A stretch of DNA of 64,000 bases from a virus, in the IMG/VR virus record IMGVR_UViG_3300032046_000014, positions 20,304-84,303 of that record; one strand, 5' to 3'. This document shows positions 10,503 through 20,492 of this stretch, piece by piece (position 1 is the first letter of the stretch; each line of letters opens with the position of its first letter). The translations under genes and the position numbers were made by a program. The notes below the pieces were generated by a model, which was not told the origin of the DNA, searched no databases, and was given only the letters and a program-made list of their open reading frames with translations.

Positions 10503-11117
10503 TTACACTCCGTAAATGTAAGTATCATCTATATTGCCGCAATAATGGGTTGCGTACGAATAATATCCATAGACTCTTATTCCTACTCTTCCCCCTATCG
10601 TCTTCCAGAGATTAAGAGTATCATAATAATCAAAGAGGGATGTCCAAACAGAGCCATTATAGTATTCTGCTCTTATTACCAGACCAACAGCATCATTCCA
10701 CCAAGTAATTCTTACATTGGTCCAGTTTGAGTCTATAGTATAAAGAGTTTTAACAGTAGTACCAAGTTGAGTTTGAATTCCAGCAACCACTTTGTAACAA
10801 GCGGCTTGTAAGCCATAACCACTAAGATAATTATAAGGAGAAAACTGCACATAATAATAGTTGTTGTCATCTTGGTATCTAAAGACAATATTTATTTGTC
10901 CAGCGCCAGCTTCCTGTCTCCATTGCGTTTCCATTTTACCTTCTTTTACACTCGCTATTGGTACAATACCAATTTTTATTAGGGCAAGCACACTATCAGT
11001 TGTCCACTGCACATGATGATCTTCTCTTAAACTGCTTGGAGAAGAAACATAATGAACACTATCCAATACCCAATTGGTATTACTGAAATCCCAATTACCT
11101 GTTGTCATGTAGTCCAA
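10503..11117 (-). CDS. Lectin/ConA-like putative receptor-binding tail protein
   Basis: FRYQDDNNYY motif, GGRVGI; W/Y-rich; visibly AT-richer than its neighbours. Confidence 0.55.
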   Translation of the reverse strand: MDYMTTGNWDFSNTNWVLDSVHYVSSPSSLREDHHVQWTTDSVLALIKIGIVPIASVKEGKMETQWRQEAGAGQINIVFRYQDDNNYYYVQFSPYNYLSGYGLQAACYKVVAGIQTQLGTTVKTLYTIDSNWTNVRITWWNDAVGLVIRAEYYNGSVWTSLFDYYDTLNLWKTIGGRVGIRVYGYYSYATHYCGNIDDTYIYGV

Positions 11118-11638
11118 GCCTCACTGAATATAACCGCAAATGTTGGTGGATTAAGATAGTTCCAGTCCTCTGAATAGAGGGGCGCGGCAAAGGTTGGAGG
11201 TCCATAGTTCCAAGGTTCATAATACTTGAGAGATGGTGGTGTGGGTTCGCTAATATCGATAGTCACTATTGTAATCGTTATTTCATAGTACACTTGATAT
11301 ATGCTTGGAGGAGAATCACTTCCTATTCCTGCTATATGTTGCGGGGGGATTCCCTTCTTTTCAATTGATACAATGTTTGTGATTCGCACTGTTGCTTCTT
11401 CCTCAAAATCGGGAATATTCAAAACCATCAGAGTCTCAGCATCCCAAGCAGCAAGAAGATCATTCAACGTGTCAACAGTTACTTCTACACCTGTAAGAGT
11501 AACCTCCCTGTTTGTGCGACCCATCCAATGAGCATGGTCCGTGCCGTCTGGAATCTCAACAATGACTATATGTGAGGACATAGTTTTTCGCGGAGCTGGT
11601 CCTGCCAGAAAAGTATGCGCACCCAACGTGACTGTCAT
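11105..11638 (-). CDS. Distal-tail-like protein, copy 2 (C-terminal extension)
   Basis: Near-identical paralog of 11635..12024. Confidence 0.6.
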   Translation of the reverse strand: MTVTLGAHTFLAGPAPRKTMSSHIVIVEIPDGTDHAHWMGRTNREVTLTGVEVTVDTLNDLLAAWDAETLMVLNIPDFEEEATVRITNIVSIEKKGIPPQHIAGIGSDSPPSIYQVYYEITITIVTIDISEPTPPSLKYYEPWNYGPPTFAAPLYSEDWNYLNPPTFAVIFSEAWTT

Positions 11639-12024
11639 GTAGTCTTCACTACTGTAATCGTTATTTCGTAATAAACTTGGTATATGCTTGGCGGAGAATC
11701 GCTGCCGATTCCCATTATGTGCTGTGGTGGAATTCCTTTCTTTTCTACCGATATAATATTTGTAATTCGAACGGTTGCTCCTTCTTCAAAATCGGGAATA
11801 TTTAGAACCAGTGAAGTTTCAGCATTCCAAGCAGTAAGAAGATCGTTCAATGTGTCGATGGTTACTTCTATGCCTGTGAGAGTGATTTCTTTGTTTGTGT
11901 GGCCCATCCAATGAACTCTATCTTCTCCGTCTGGGATCTCGATCATGCCTATGTGCGAAGACATGATTTTTCGTGGAGCCGGCCCGGCAAGAAAAGTATG
12001 CGCACCTAGTGTGACTATAGACAT
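11635..12024 (-). CDS. Distal-tail-like protein, copy 1
   Basis: Immediately after tape measure; EIPDG...MG...EITLTG. Confidence 0.6.
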   Translation of the reverse strand: MSIVTLGAHTFLAGPAPRKIMSSHIGMIEIPDGEDRVHWMGHTNKEITLTGIEVTIDTLNDLLTAWNAETSLVLNIPDFEEGATVRITNIISVEKKGIPPQHIMGIGSDSPPSIYQVYYEITITVVKTT

Positions 12025-13826
12025 TAAGCTCCTCCTGGCACCCTTACTATTTCATTTTGAATATGTCGGCGAAGTCTCAAGGCAACAGTCCGCATGTCTT
12101 CCTCTCTGGCCACCTGTTGCACTTGGATGATAATATCGCCAAAACTGTAATGGTAAGTGATTTGCGATGGCTCAGTTGCACCTCCAAGCTCAGTTCTAGC
12201 TGCAGCATTAAGAATTGCCGCTGACTCGCCTATCTCATTTCCAATTGACATCAAACGGTCAGCTGGAGCCTCAACTCCTACAGGTGTGACTTTCTCGCCT
12301 TTACCAAGCACATAAGGACCCGGTTTGGAAACTTCTTCTATTCCGAATTGACCGCCTGGTAGTTTAAGGCCAGTTGCTGCCTCTATCGCCCGCCTCGAAG
12401 CCTGTTCATCACCACCAACCATTGCTCTAAGACCCGCCGCCGGTGCACCCAGTCCAGTTAGAACTTGGCCTGGCAAAGACTTTTTGAATTCTTCGTAGGC
12501 ATATTGCCCTCCTCCTAGCCACCAATCCCAATAGCTTTGTTTATCAGGGTTCCATCCCGCTTTCTTTGCTGCTTCCTCACGATCTTTTTGCGCCTGACCA
12601 GAAATCTCGGTACTAATACCATAGCCAATTACTGGTGCCATGGCCGCCATCATCCCTGCATAAGGCAACGTTCGAGCTCCAATACTCACTGCAGCTTCAC
12701 CGACTCCTCCTCCTGCAGGTGCAAGACCCCCTAATGTTCCTCCTCCTCCGATCCCGCCTCCGATCCCGCCTGCGAGTCCCCCAAGCCCCCTGCAAGCAGC
12801 AAGACCGCCGCACGCCGCTGACAACAATCCTAGATTTGTAACGAGCATAATTACTTGTCCTGCCATTCCAACAACTTCTAACCCAAAGGCTATTCCTTGA
12901 AGTCTAGCTTCTTGCTCAGCAGCCGCGATTTTTTGCATGTCCGCAACTATGTCTCTGCGAGTGTTTTCAACAGTGTCTTTCCAGTCGCCCGTCAACTTGT
13001 TAAGTTTCTCTTGGTCAGTTGCTGTGTTCTTGAAGTCTTCCTGGATTCCTTTCGTAGCCATGTCAATAACAGAGTTCGCGTTCATTGCGAAAGTTCCAAG
13101 AGGGCCAAACTGTTCTGCGTTCCAGCCAATCTCTTCTCCGAGAGCTCGCCAGTTTGGAATTTGGCCATTCTTAATAGAATTCGTCAGCACGTTCATTATT
13201 GCATTGATTTGTCCTAACGGTACGCCCATTTCTCGAGCTTTTTCTCCCCAGCTTATCAGAGAGCCTTCCCAGTTGGCAACTGCGGCTGCGGCTTCATCGC
13301 TTTGCGGTCCGAATCTGCCAATGGCAATTATAGTGTCGCCTGTAGCGCGTCTCAGGTCATTGAATGCTGTTGGTGCAAGCACAGCAGCTTTGGCCATGTT
13401 CTGAAGTTGAGTTGCTATCTGGAAAGTTATCTGACCAAGATCTTTGTCTACTCTGATGACTTCTCTTTGTTGGGCAGCTTGTCTTTTCAAGGAGTCTAGA
13501 AGTTGACTCTGATATTGGATAAGACGGATTTGCCAAACATTCCACTGCGTATACATGCCGATGACTTGGCGGCCGAGACTGCCGACGGTCATCATGGCAC
13601 TCGCCATCTGGCTCAACGAAACACTAGCGGAGCGTGTGCTGCCTGTTAGAGCGCCTGCGGAACTGCCTGTCTTATTCAATGTTCCCTGAAATGCGAATAG
13701 GTTCTGATTTGTTCCTTCCTTAACAACGTTGAATTGTTGAAGGGACTGCTGTGCTTTCAAAAAGTTTGAACTGAAATTACTTGTGTCAGCTACCAGAGTA
13801 TAGCCAAGTTGAGGCCCTGCAGACAA
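12024..13826 (-). CDS. Tail tape measure protein
   Basis: N-terminal LVADTSNF, helical A/Q/G-rich, follows chaperone and gp10-like gene. Confidence 0.85.
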   Translation of the reverse strand: MSAGPQLGYTLVADTSNFSSNFLKAQQSLQQFNVVKEGTNQNLFAFQGTLNKTGSSAGALTGSTRSASVSLSQMASAMMTVGSLGRQVIGMYTQWNVWQIRLIQYQSQLLDSLKRQAAQQREVIRVDKDLGQITFQIATQLQNMAKAAVLAPTAFNDLRRATGDTIIAIGRFGPQSDEAAAAVANWEGSLISWGEKAREMGVPLGQINAIMNVLTNSIKNGQIPNWRALGEEIGWNAEQFGPLGTFAMNANSVIDMATKGIQEDFKNTATDQEKLNKLTGDWKDTVENTRRDIVADMQKIAAAEQEARLQGIAFGLEVVGMAGQVIMLVTNLGLLSAACGGLAACRGLGGLAGGIGGGIGGGGTLGGLAPAGGGVGEAAVSIGARTLPYAGMMAAMAPVIGYGISTEISGQAQKDREEAAKKAGWNPDKQSYWDWWLGGGQYAYEEFKKSLPGQVLTGLGAPAAGLRAMVGGDEQASRRAIEAATGLKLPGGQFGIEEVSKPGPYVLGKGEKVTPVGVEAPADRLMSIGNEIGESAAILNAAARTELGGATEPSQITYHYSFGDIIIQVQQVAREEDMRTVALRLRRHIQNEIVRVPGGA

Positions 13827-13829
13827 TTA

Positions 13830-14228
13830 TTATCCTCCTGCCAATTCATTCAGACGTGCGGTAATGTATTCTGGTATTTTTGGTCTGACAGTTTCTACCG
13901 CATTAGTGAGAAAGAGTTTCGGAGGTACACTTGTTCCTGCTCGAGTTGTCCAGCCGAACTCTTGAAAAAAAGGATATCCAAGAACATTGCTACCGACTTG
14001 AACTTTTACAATGTTTCCTTCAATGGACTGGTCTAGCATTTGAAGGCTATTGATCAATGTGCCTGTTCTTGACTTCAGGACTGCCATAGCATTTGTCCTT
14101 GCTAAAGACACAATCTCATTAGCCCCATCCCGCATACCTGCTAGTACGACTTCAAGCACTTTTGCTCTCATGCCCTGTAATTTTCTGAGAGCTTCAGGCA
14201 TTCCTATCTCTATGATTCTGGCACTCAT
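13830..14228 (-). CDS. HK97 gp10-like tail completion protein
   Basis: RTGTLINS, YPFFQEFG, PPKLFLTNA. Confidence 0.8.
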   Translation of the reverse strand: MSARIIEIGMPEALRKLQGMRAKVLEVVLAGMRDGANEIVSLARTNAMAVLKSRTGTLINSLQMLDQSIEGNIVKVQVGSNVLGYPFFQEFGWTTRAGTSVPPKLFLTNAVETVRPKIPEYITARLNELAGG

Positions 14229-14988
14229 GTTGGTGGCGCCTTTTGAAATATCATTCCTTCCGGAAGCAGACTTATGCCCTTCTGCTGTCCCCGTCTCGAT
14301 TTTGCAGCTGCCATATGCAGTTGCACCTTTAATATAGTCTTCAGTAATTCAGCGTCCACAGCGTCCATCGCCTCAACCTGGGCTGGCGTGAATCCGTAGG
14401 CGGTGGCAAACTGATGTTTTTCAATTGCTTCTTTTGCGAGCGTATCGTCGCCGCAGAGACTTATGTTGTTGGAGTAGATCGCTGCCGCGAGACGCTGAAT
14501 GGTGCTAAAGGGGGCGAGTTCCATGCCAGAATTTGAGTGTATAGTATATCCAGGATTGCTCCGTCCAATGTTGTTTTATCAAGGTCTTCTTTGGTTTTCA
14601 GTGGTTCAGGACTTTTGACTGCGCATGTGGTGATGGCAAAATCCATGACGTCAGAAGTAACTTTGACGCCTGAAGATTGTCCTTCACCTGTTTGAGTAAA
14701 TGTGCCTGTCAGCCTGTAAAATTCCTGTCTTTCTCGGTATGTCCAGCGTCTTATCTTGAATGTGTTGCTTTCAGTTGGTTTGATTTTGTGGGTACAAAGT
14801 ATAGGAGTCGGAGTCTTGTGTTCTGGGTCTTCTGTGTCAAGCATTCCTATTTTTGTGTTACAGACGATTTCTGCTTTGCCCCGGCTTTCGATGATGCCAT
14901 TTGTTAGTCTATCGACATGTAGTGTGTTGCATTCGGGACATATTTCGATGAGTATGTCTTTTGTTTTTGTGGAGCTTTCTTCGCTCAT
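14225..14988 (-). CDS. Tail assembly chaperone G (14461..14988) and GT via -1 frameshift into 14225..14524
   Basis: Overlapping ORFs between tube and tape measure with an in-frame slippery heptamer C CCT TTA. Confidence 0.8.
14506..14512 (-). other. -1 ribosomal frameshift slippery site CCCUUUA
   Basis: X XXY YYZ in the G frame; -1 frame reads FSTIQRLAA. Confidence 0.8.
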
Positions 14989-15006
14989 GCCTGTCTTGGT
15001 CTCCGT

Positions 15007-15919
15007 TTAAGTGAGAGATGCTGAGAGTGCTGTGAATGCCCAGCGTTCCAGTGCTACTTCTGTGGGTCGAATGGTGAAGCTATCGAGTCTGTGGAATTTG
15101 CATTTTGTCAGTGTCAGTATGGATGACGGTGAACTGTTCAAGGTCCAGGCAATAGTACGATCTGTATAATCTACTAGATCAGTGTAGCGGTTTTGGCTAA
15201 TCCAGATGAGAGTCATTGTGCCTGTGATGGCTCGTTGTTTTGGCGGAATGAATTCTGCTTGGCCGCTTCCCATCACGTAGATTACTTCTGGGTTGCGTTC
15301 TATTGTCACGGTGATTTCTGTGCATGGAACACCTGGACCGCCTACTGTTACTGGGTTGAGGCCGCCGCTTGTGAAGATCCATGGAGGTGTTGCAACATCA
15401 CCTGCCCAGCTGCCCGTGCCTACTGGATCTGCTGTGCTTGGCTTCGGGATTTCTCGGCATACGATTTCGCCTCTGAGTCTGATTGCTTCGTTCGGTCTTC
15501 CTGTCAAGGTAAGAGTTCTTGGTCTACAACCATTGAGCTTGTAATAGTAGACTGTGCCTGCTGCTCCGCCCATTTTGATGCCGAAGGCTAAGCTTAGACT
15601 TTTGTCAATGCTGCCAGCTCCTCCGCCCTGTGGATTGATGAAGTATTTGGCCCAAGTGCTTCCTTGCATGAAATGTTCAAGCGTGAACTCATATGATTCT
15701 TGTCCTTTCAATAGATACGCAGGATCTTCGCTTCCGAGCTGTCGAACTATGATCGGCGGTATGTCTGCTCTGGGATCCCAGCTTTCTGACGGACCTATCC
15801 AGCTGAGATCAGGATTTGTGGGGAACACTCCAAAGGTGACTTCTTCAACATATTGTGGGTGCTTATAGACGAAACCAGCCGCCGCTTGGCGGGGTTGTGA
15901 AGCTCGGTGGTGAGCTCAT
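15007..15919 (-). CDS. Major tail tube protein (5' end apparently frameshifted)
   Basis: QYVEEVTFG..P..P.L.WIG N-terminal motif lies upstream of the tracked start; the ATG at 15919 with an RBS is out of frame by 1 nt. Confidence 0.75.
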
Positions 15920-15960
15920 TTCTTTTTCATCTCCTTTTTTCATTCTTTTTTGTTGTACGC

Positions 15961-16488
15961 TTAGCGGTTAACCTGGATTCCGCCTACTATGGCATTACGG
16001 AATTCGCGCGCCCGGACCGGAAGTATCGAGTGAAGTATGGGGAAGCCTGCTCTTGACGCTGCAGCAGAAGATTTCTGAGAACGCAAAATATCATCATCAA
16101 TGGCGAAGTATTGGTCAGCGCAGATTTCATTTTCGAAGTAGACCCATTGGATGTCTTCAACAGTGGTTTGGTACAGGTGTAGTATTCGTCTGACTTCCTG
16201 CAGCATATATTTACGATTGTTCTTGGCTTGCGCCAGAGCGTCTTTTTCTGTGGTTCGCGGCCGCACCCAGACGTGTACGTGTGCGAGATGATCAAGTTGT
16301 AGCCATTCTGCCGTTAACACTTTAGGAGTGTCGCCGATGGTGACTACTTCTATGCTTGGGTACTTGCGTGACGGAGCCGTTTCACCGGTGTTAAAATCAA
16401 CATGTTTCTTGTCCAAGTTCCCATGGAGCCGCCAATTGTCATATAGCTTTTGGCGTATTGCCTCGGGAACGTCTGTTGTGAATACCAT
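15961..16488 (-). CDS. Putative tail terminator/neck protein
   Basis: First gene of the tail operon; YPSIEV, HVHVWV, EVRRIL. Confidence 0.6.
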   Translation of the reverse strand: MVFTTDVPEAIRQKLYDNWRLHGNLDKKHVDFNTGETAPSRKYPSIEVVTIGDTPKVLTAEWLQLDHLAHVHVWVRPRTTEKDALAQAKNNRKYMLQEVRRILHLYQTTVEDIQWVYFENEICADQYFAIDDDILRSQKSSAAASRAGFPILHSILPVRAREFRNAIVGGIQVNR

Positions 16489-16596
16489 TGTCTTTGCCTT
16501 CCATCACGCTACACGCGGTATAGGATCGGGTTGGGCTTTGCGCAACGTTGTCTATTTTGAGGTTAGCCGCTGCGCGCCTGGACAGCTGTTTGACCC

Positions 16597-16625
16597 ACTA
16601 TATTTTTAAGCGTTCTGTTATAACG
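16597..16625 (-). promoter_or_regulatory. Late-promoter-like motif copy 1 (CGTTATAACAGAACGCTTAAAAATATAGT)
   Basis: 26/29 identical to 28196..28224; upstream of the tail operon; contains a TATA-like element. Confidence 0.7.
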
Positions 16626-16694
16626 AAAGGAATAATGTAATACTAGAAATTAGTTCTATACATCTTTTTATATAAGCGTGGAGGAATGGAAAGG

Positions 16695-16781
16695 GTAGGT
16701 GGTTGGCTTCAAGGTGCCGGGTTCTTCCTCTCCTTTCTCCCGGGAATGCGCATAGAAATTTTCCATCGAGCCACCACCTAC
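16695..16781 (+). ncRNA. Candidate small structured RNA
   Basis: Ends pair (GTAGGTGGTTGGCTT / GAGCCACCACCTAC); TTTATATA about 20-25 nt upstream. Confidence 0.4.
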
Positions 16782-16922
16782 AAAATCTTAAAATAATTAG
16801 ACGCGCGCGCTAACGCCAAAAGGGACGCAAATATTGCTCTTTTTTAGAAAACTAATGTCCGATATTTAGAAAATTAGAGTAGAGAATTTTTAGGTAAACA
16901 GGACAAGAGAAGATAGACTTCT

Positions 16923-17204
16923 ATGCGGATCACAGTAACTAATCGAGAAGCAGCGGCTTTCATCAAGCTCAGACAGCTCGGATATCCAGTTCACCTAATC
17001 GCAAAAGCTTTTGGAAGAAGCACGAGTGTTGTGCAGCGTCGATTCCGTTTCAACGAGTTTATCCATGCAATCCGGAAAGTTGACTTAAGAAAATTGCCAG
17101 CGCGTATTCGCAGGCTCGCAGCAGCCAGACAATGGACAGCGCTCATGAAGTTTTTGCCCGCTTGGGAAAACTGGATTCTGGGCCCTGGAGGAAAGCCGCC
17201 CTAA
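16923..17204 (+). CDS. HTH DNA-binding protein
   Basis: LRQLGYPVHLIAKAFGRSTSVVQR. Confidence 0.75.
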   Translation: MRITVTNREAAAFIKLRQLGYPVHLIAKAFGRSTSVVQRRFRFNEFIHAIRKVDLRKLPARIRRLAAARQWTALMKFLPAWENWILGPGGKPP

Positions 17205-17302
17205 CCTTCACGTCAAACCTTCAGTCTAACGTTTAATGTTAAGGGTAAAGCTTAAAGTATAACCTTAAAGTTTAAGTTTAAAGGATAATCTTAAAGTAAA
17301 AG
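17203..17302. repeat. AT-rich array with about 6-nt periodicity (TTAAAG/AACCTT)
   Basis: Degenerate tandem hexamers seen directly. Confidence 0.6.
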
Positions 17303-17589
17303 AATCAAGATGCCCGCGCTGCAACACCTCAGAATTTTCTCATAGAAAATCTTTTATCTACATAACGCCAAGGCTTCTCTCAGCACGGCGTGATGAGCTG
17401 CTCCTACAGCAACCCAAAAAGGGAAGCTTGAGAGTAAGACGCTTGCAGAGAACGGGTGATGGAAATCTTGGTAATGCTAACGTTGCCCAAGTGCTGTAAG
17501 GTGCTCACCAGGTCTACACGTGGTCCTTTAGACCAGCATGACGCATGTGACCATAACGGTCACGCGCGCTTGTCAGTCGCACGTGCAAA

Positions 17590-18462
17590 TTGGAGATATC
17601 GAGAGTGCCTATACAAACAATCGAAGAACTGAAAGCAAAGTTTCCCAAAGAAGAAGTAAGTCCGTATGGTCCTTGCCTCATTATCCCTGGAACTGAGTTT
17701 GATCCAGACTCGGAAGATCCTCTTGAAGAACAAGGATATAGAATAATCAACATGTCTTTTAAAGGAAAGATGGTTACTCTCGTGAAGCTTACAAAAAAAG
17801 AACAGACCCCAGATGTTCATGAACCGCCTGTGGAAAAAGCCAAAAACGATTCTGTTAAACGTGGACGAGGCCAGAAAATGACAACGGGATTTTGCCGATG
17901 GACTGCCGATGATCAAGCAAAGTTGCTTCGGCTTTGGGATGAAACGCCAGGTATAGCTGCAGAAAAAACTGCAGCTCTAACGGCTCAGTTTCCAAACCGC
18001 ACCGCAAAAGCTCTTGATCTACAGCATCTTAAGCTCTTGCACAAGACCGGTCAAAAGTCAAAGAAATCGAAACATTGGGCTGAGCTTCCTGTTCCACCAA
18101 TATCCAAACGTGGCTATACTTCTGGTGAAGAAATAGAAAAAAATGAAGTGGATGGCAAAGAAGAAAAGAAAGAAGCTCCAGAGATCATGGACACGATCTT
18201 AGACAGCGTCAAATCTCTAGCAGAGGCAATAGACAAGCTTGCTGTGTTGATGGCTGAAGACCATCTCCTACATGAAAAATTAAGCTGCCAAGTGATAATG
18301 CACGGTCTGGAAATCAGCGAAGTTGAAGAAGAATTCCAGATCCCACTATCGCTCAAGTTGCTTCTCAAGAATGCTCTTCTCAGCAATGACGGAATACACT
18401 GCGCTGTTTTTAAAGCGAGAACTAATAAGTTTCTTGAAGCTGTCCGTCCAGTGGAAATGTAG
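17590..18462 (+). CDS. Protein with Myb/SANT-like helical domain
   Basis: RWTADDQAKLLRLW...FPNRTAKAL. Confidence 0.55.
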   Translation: MEISRVPIQTIEELKAKFPKEEVSPYGPCLIIPGTEFDPDSEDPLEEQGYRIINMSFKGKMVTLVKLTKKEQTPDVHEPPVEKAKNDSVKRGRGQKMTTGFCRWTADDQAKLLRLWDETPGIAAEKTAALTAQFPNRTAKALDLQHLKLLHKTGQKSKKSKHWAELPVPPISKRGYTSGEEIEKNEVDGKEEKKEAPEIMDTILDSVKSLAEAIDKLAVLMAEDHLLHEKLSCQVIMHGLEISEVEEEFQIPLSLKLLLKNALLSNDGIHCAVFKARTNKFLEAVRPVEM

Positions 18463-18476
18463 GGGTGGGGTCTAAC

Positions 18477-18611
18477 ATGGATTGTCCTAGATGTGGAAGT
18501 CTATGGATATCTGACAAGGCTATCGTTATGCGGATAACTAAGAGCATCGCTGCCCAGAAGATTGATGGTCAACGGTATAAATGCTTGAACTGTGGAACTG
18601 AATTTTCTTGA
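18477..18611 (+). CDS. Small zinc-ribbon protein (44 aa)
   Basis: Manual translation MDCPRCGS...YKCLNCGTEFS. Confidence 0.65.
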   Translation: MDCPRCGSLWISDKAIVMRITKSIAAQKIDGQRYKCLNCGTEFS

Positions 18612-18847
18612 ATCCTAAGACTAAGAAAAAGAAGAAGAAGAAAAAACCCTCGACATACGTCGTGCAACCTCATCATATCACTTATGATCCTGAATGGGTA
18701 GTTCCTATGTTCAAGGGTGAACACTTCAGTATCACGAAGATGCTGAGACGCAAACGGGTCAGTTTCGGTTTTCTCGAGGCGCTGATGGATTTCATCGAGA
18801 AACATAAAGGGCAGGCAGAAGCCCTACAACTGCCGCCTAAGAAATAA
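18608..18847 (+). CDS. Small basic hypothetical protein
   Basis: 79 aa, HHITYDPE motif. Confidence 0.5.
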   Translation: MNPKTKKKKKKKKPSTYVVQPHHITYDPEWVVPMFKGEHFSITKMLRRKRVSFGFLEALMDFIEKHKGQAEALQLPPKK

Positions 18848-20492
18848 TTACGTTAGGAGCCAGTTTCCAGCGATTGCGATCCGTATGCTTCATGCCAAGC
18901 ACATCAGCTTCTACAAGTTCTACGAGAGTTCCAGTCACAGCTTGAGACGTGTTAGGTCCCAATGCCAATTCGTCAAGTCTACTCTGCACTTCATTTAGGG
19001 CTTTCCAAGTCTTAAAGAAATCTTCCTTTACAAGTCGAAGAACTTTGCCCTTCACAGTGTCGCTTGGAACCTTCGGCAATTCCCTCTTGATCTCTTCCAG
19101 TTCAACCACGGTGACAATAGGTTGAAGTCCTAAAGTGGTATGCACCGGTGTATCTACCGATGTAGGTACTGGTGTAGGCGCGAATTCAATGAGAGCCTTA
19201 TTTAAAGCATCAAAGGCCGCAACTTTCCTTACAACTTCCTTGGGCAACGGGCGCTCTTCTGTTTCAGCATCTGCTCGCCCTCGAGAATAACCATTCAAAT
19301 CAGCTTCAACGACAGCCTTTTGCAATTCATCTTTCGAAACATAGTCCTGCAGAACTTTTCGAAGTTTCTCTTCTACCATCCGATTACTTAGATGTTCAAG
19401 TTGACGAGCGAATTCTTTCTCACATTCTTCACGCTTTCGTTTTTCTTCTTCATACATTTCCTTGTACATTTCATCATTCACTTCCATGTTTGGTTTCAGA
19501 TAAGCTTCCTTCACCTGTAATGGTGTCATGATTCCTCGGGCCACGGCCTCCCCGACATTCTCCGGTACACCTGTAGGCAACACGTAAACTTTCTTGACCA
19601 TGTTACCGATGGCCGCGTAGAAATGGCCCAGGGGCAATGTTTGTATTTCTTCAGCAGGCACCTTCACACCCAACAGCTGTTTGAGAATGCGTTCTATTTC
19701 ATGGGCTTCTTTCATACGTCCCATGAGCCAGTTGTCGACCTGCCGCAGCGGAGTCTTGTCGATTCCCCCGATGTCTTGGCTGTCCAGCCATAGATAATTG
19801 CCCAATGCAGCGCCTTTGCGAATGAACTGCTGTGCAACCCATTTCACCGGCGTCATTCTGCCCTGGGGAATCATTTCCCAAGCTTCAGGAATTATGATGA
19901 TCACATGATCCAGCTTTGCAAAAACATGCTCGATCGTGCTGGCTATCACGAGCTGCTGCGTCTCGAGACGCATGTCCTTTAAGTCCATAACGTTGACACC
20001 GTCTTTCAAGTCAAGATTCACGGTGAAGGTCCACTTGGCCAATTCAGGAATTACGATGTCCAGGTACTCGTCGAGACGTTCGTAGACGGCGCGCATGAAC
20101 CCGCTTTTCTCAGTCTTTGCCAATTCACGAGATACAAGCTGAATTTCCTTCAGGTCTTTTCGTCCACGACAAACCTTCATGATCGCAGAACGCATGCCCG
20201 GCTCATACTTTACCTTCTCACCAAGGGCCACATTCACAAGACTTTCGACATACTGCCAGTCAGAACGGGGCTTATAATAGGGCATTAAAAAATTGAATTT
20301 GGTAAAGCCACCTTCACCACGCTTGGTGATGAATGCGATGGCCCTGAGTTTTGAACGACTGATGAATCCTTCTATGCCGGTGGTTTTCCCTGAGAGCGCG
20401 CTCATGCCGAAGATGGCAAGATGATGAAGAGACATGTAGACAGGCAGGCCCGAGCCGATCTCATAGCCGACAAGAACCTGATCAACTGTCAT
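18837..20492 (-). CDS. HerA/FtsK-like P-loop ATPase with coiled coil and C-terminal winged helix
   Basis: HLAIFGMSALSGKTT, IIIPEAW, RKG, DSQ. Confidence 0.75.
   Translation of the reverse strand: MTVDQVLVGYEIGSGLPVYMSLHHLAIFGMSALSGKTTGIEGFISRSKLRAIAFITKRGEGGFTKFNFLMPYYKPRSDWQYVESLVNVALGEKVKYEPGMRSAIMKVCRGRKDLKEIQLVSRELAKTEKSGFMRAVYERLDEYLDIVIPELAKWTFTVNLDLKDGVNVMDLKDMRLETQQLVIASTIEHVFAKLDHVIIIIPEAWEMIPQGRMTPVKWVAQQFIRKGAALGNYLWLDSQDIGGIDKTPLRQVDNWLMGRMKEAHEIERILKQLLGVKVPAEEIQTLPLGHFYAAIGNMVKKVYVLPTGVPENVGEAVARGIMTPLQVKEAYLKPNMEVNDEMYKEMYEEEKRKREECEKEFARQLEHLSNRMVEEKLRKVLQDYVSKDELQKAVVEADLNGYSRGRADAETEERPLPKEVVRKVAAFDALNKALIEFAPTPVPTSVDTPVHTTLGLQPIVTVVELEEIKRELPKVPSDTVKGKVLRLVKEDFFKTWKALNEVQSRLDELALGPNTSQAVTGTLVELVEADVLGMKHTDRNRWKLAPNVIIS

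Noticed and set aside
10503-12024. Diversity-generating retroelement (similar repeats beside a lectin-like gene)
   Set aside because: No reverse transcriptase in the window; the repeats are whole-gene paralogs without adenine-specific differences
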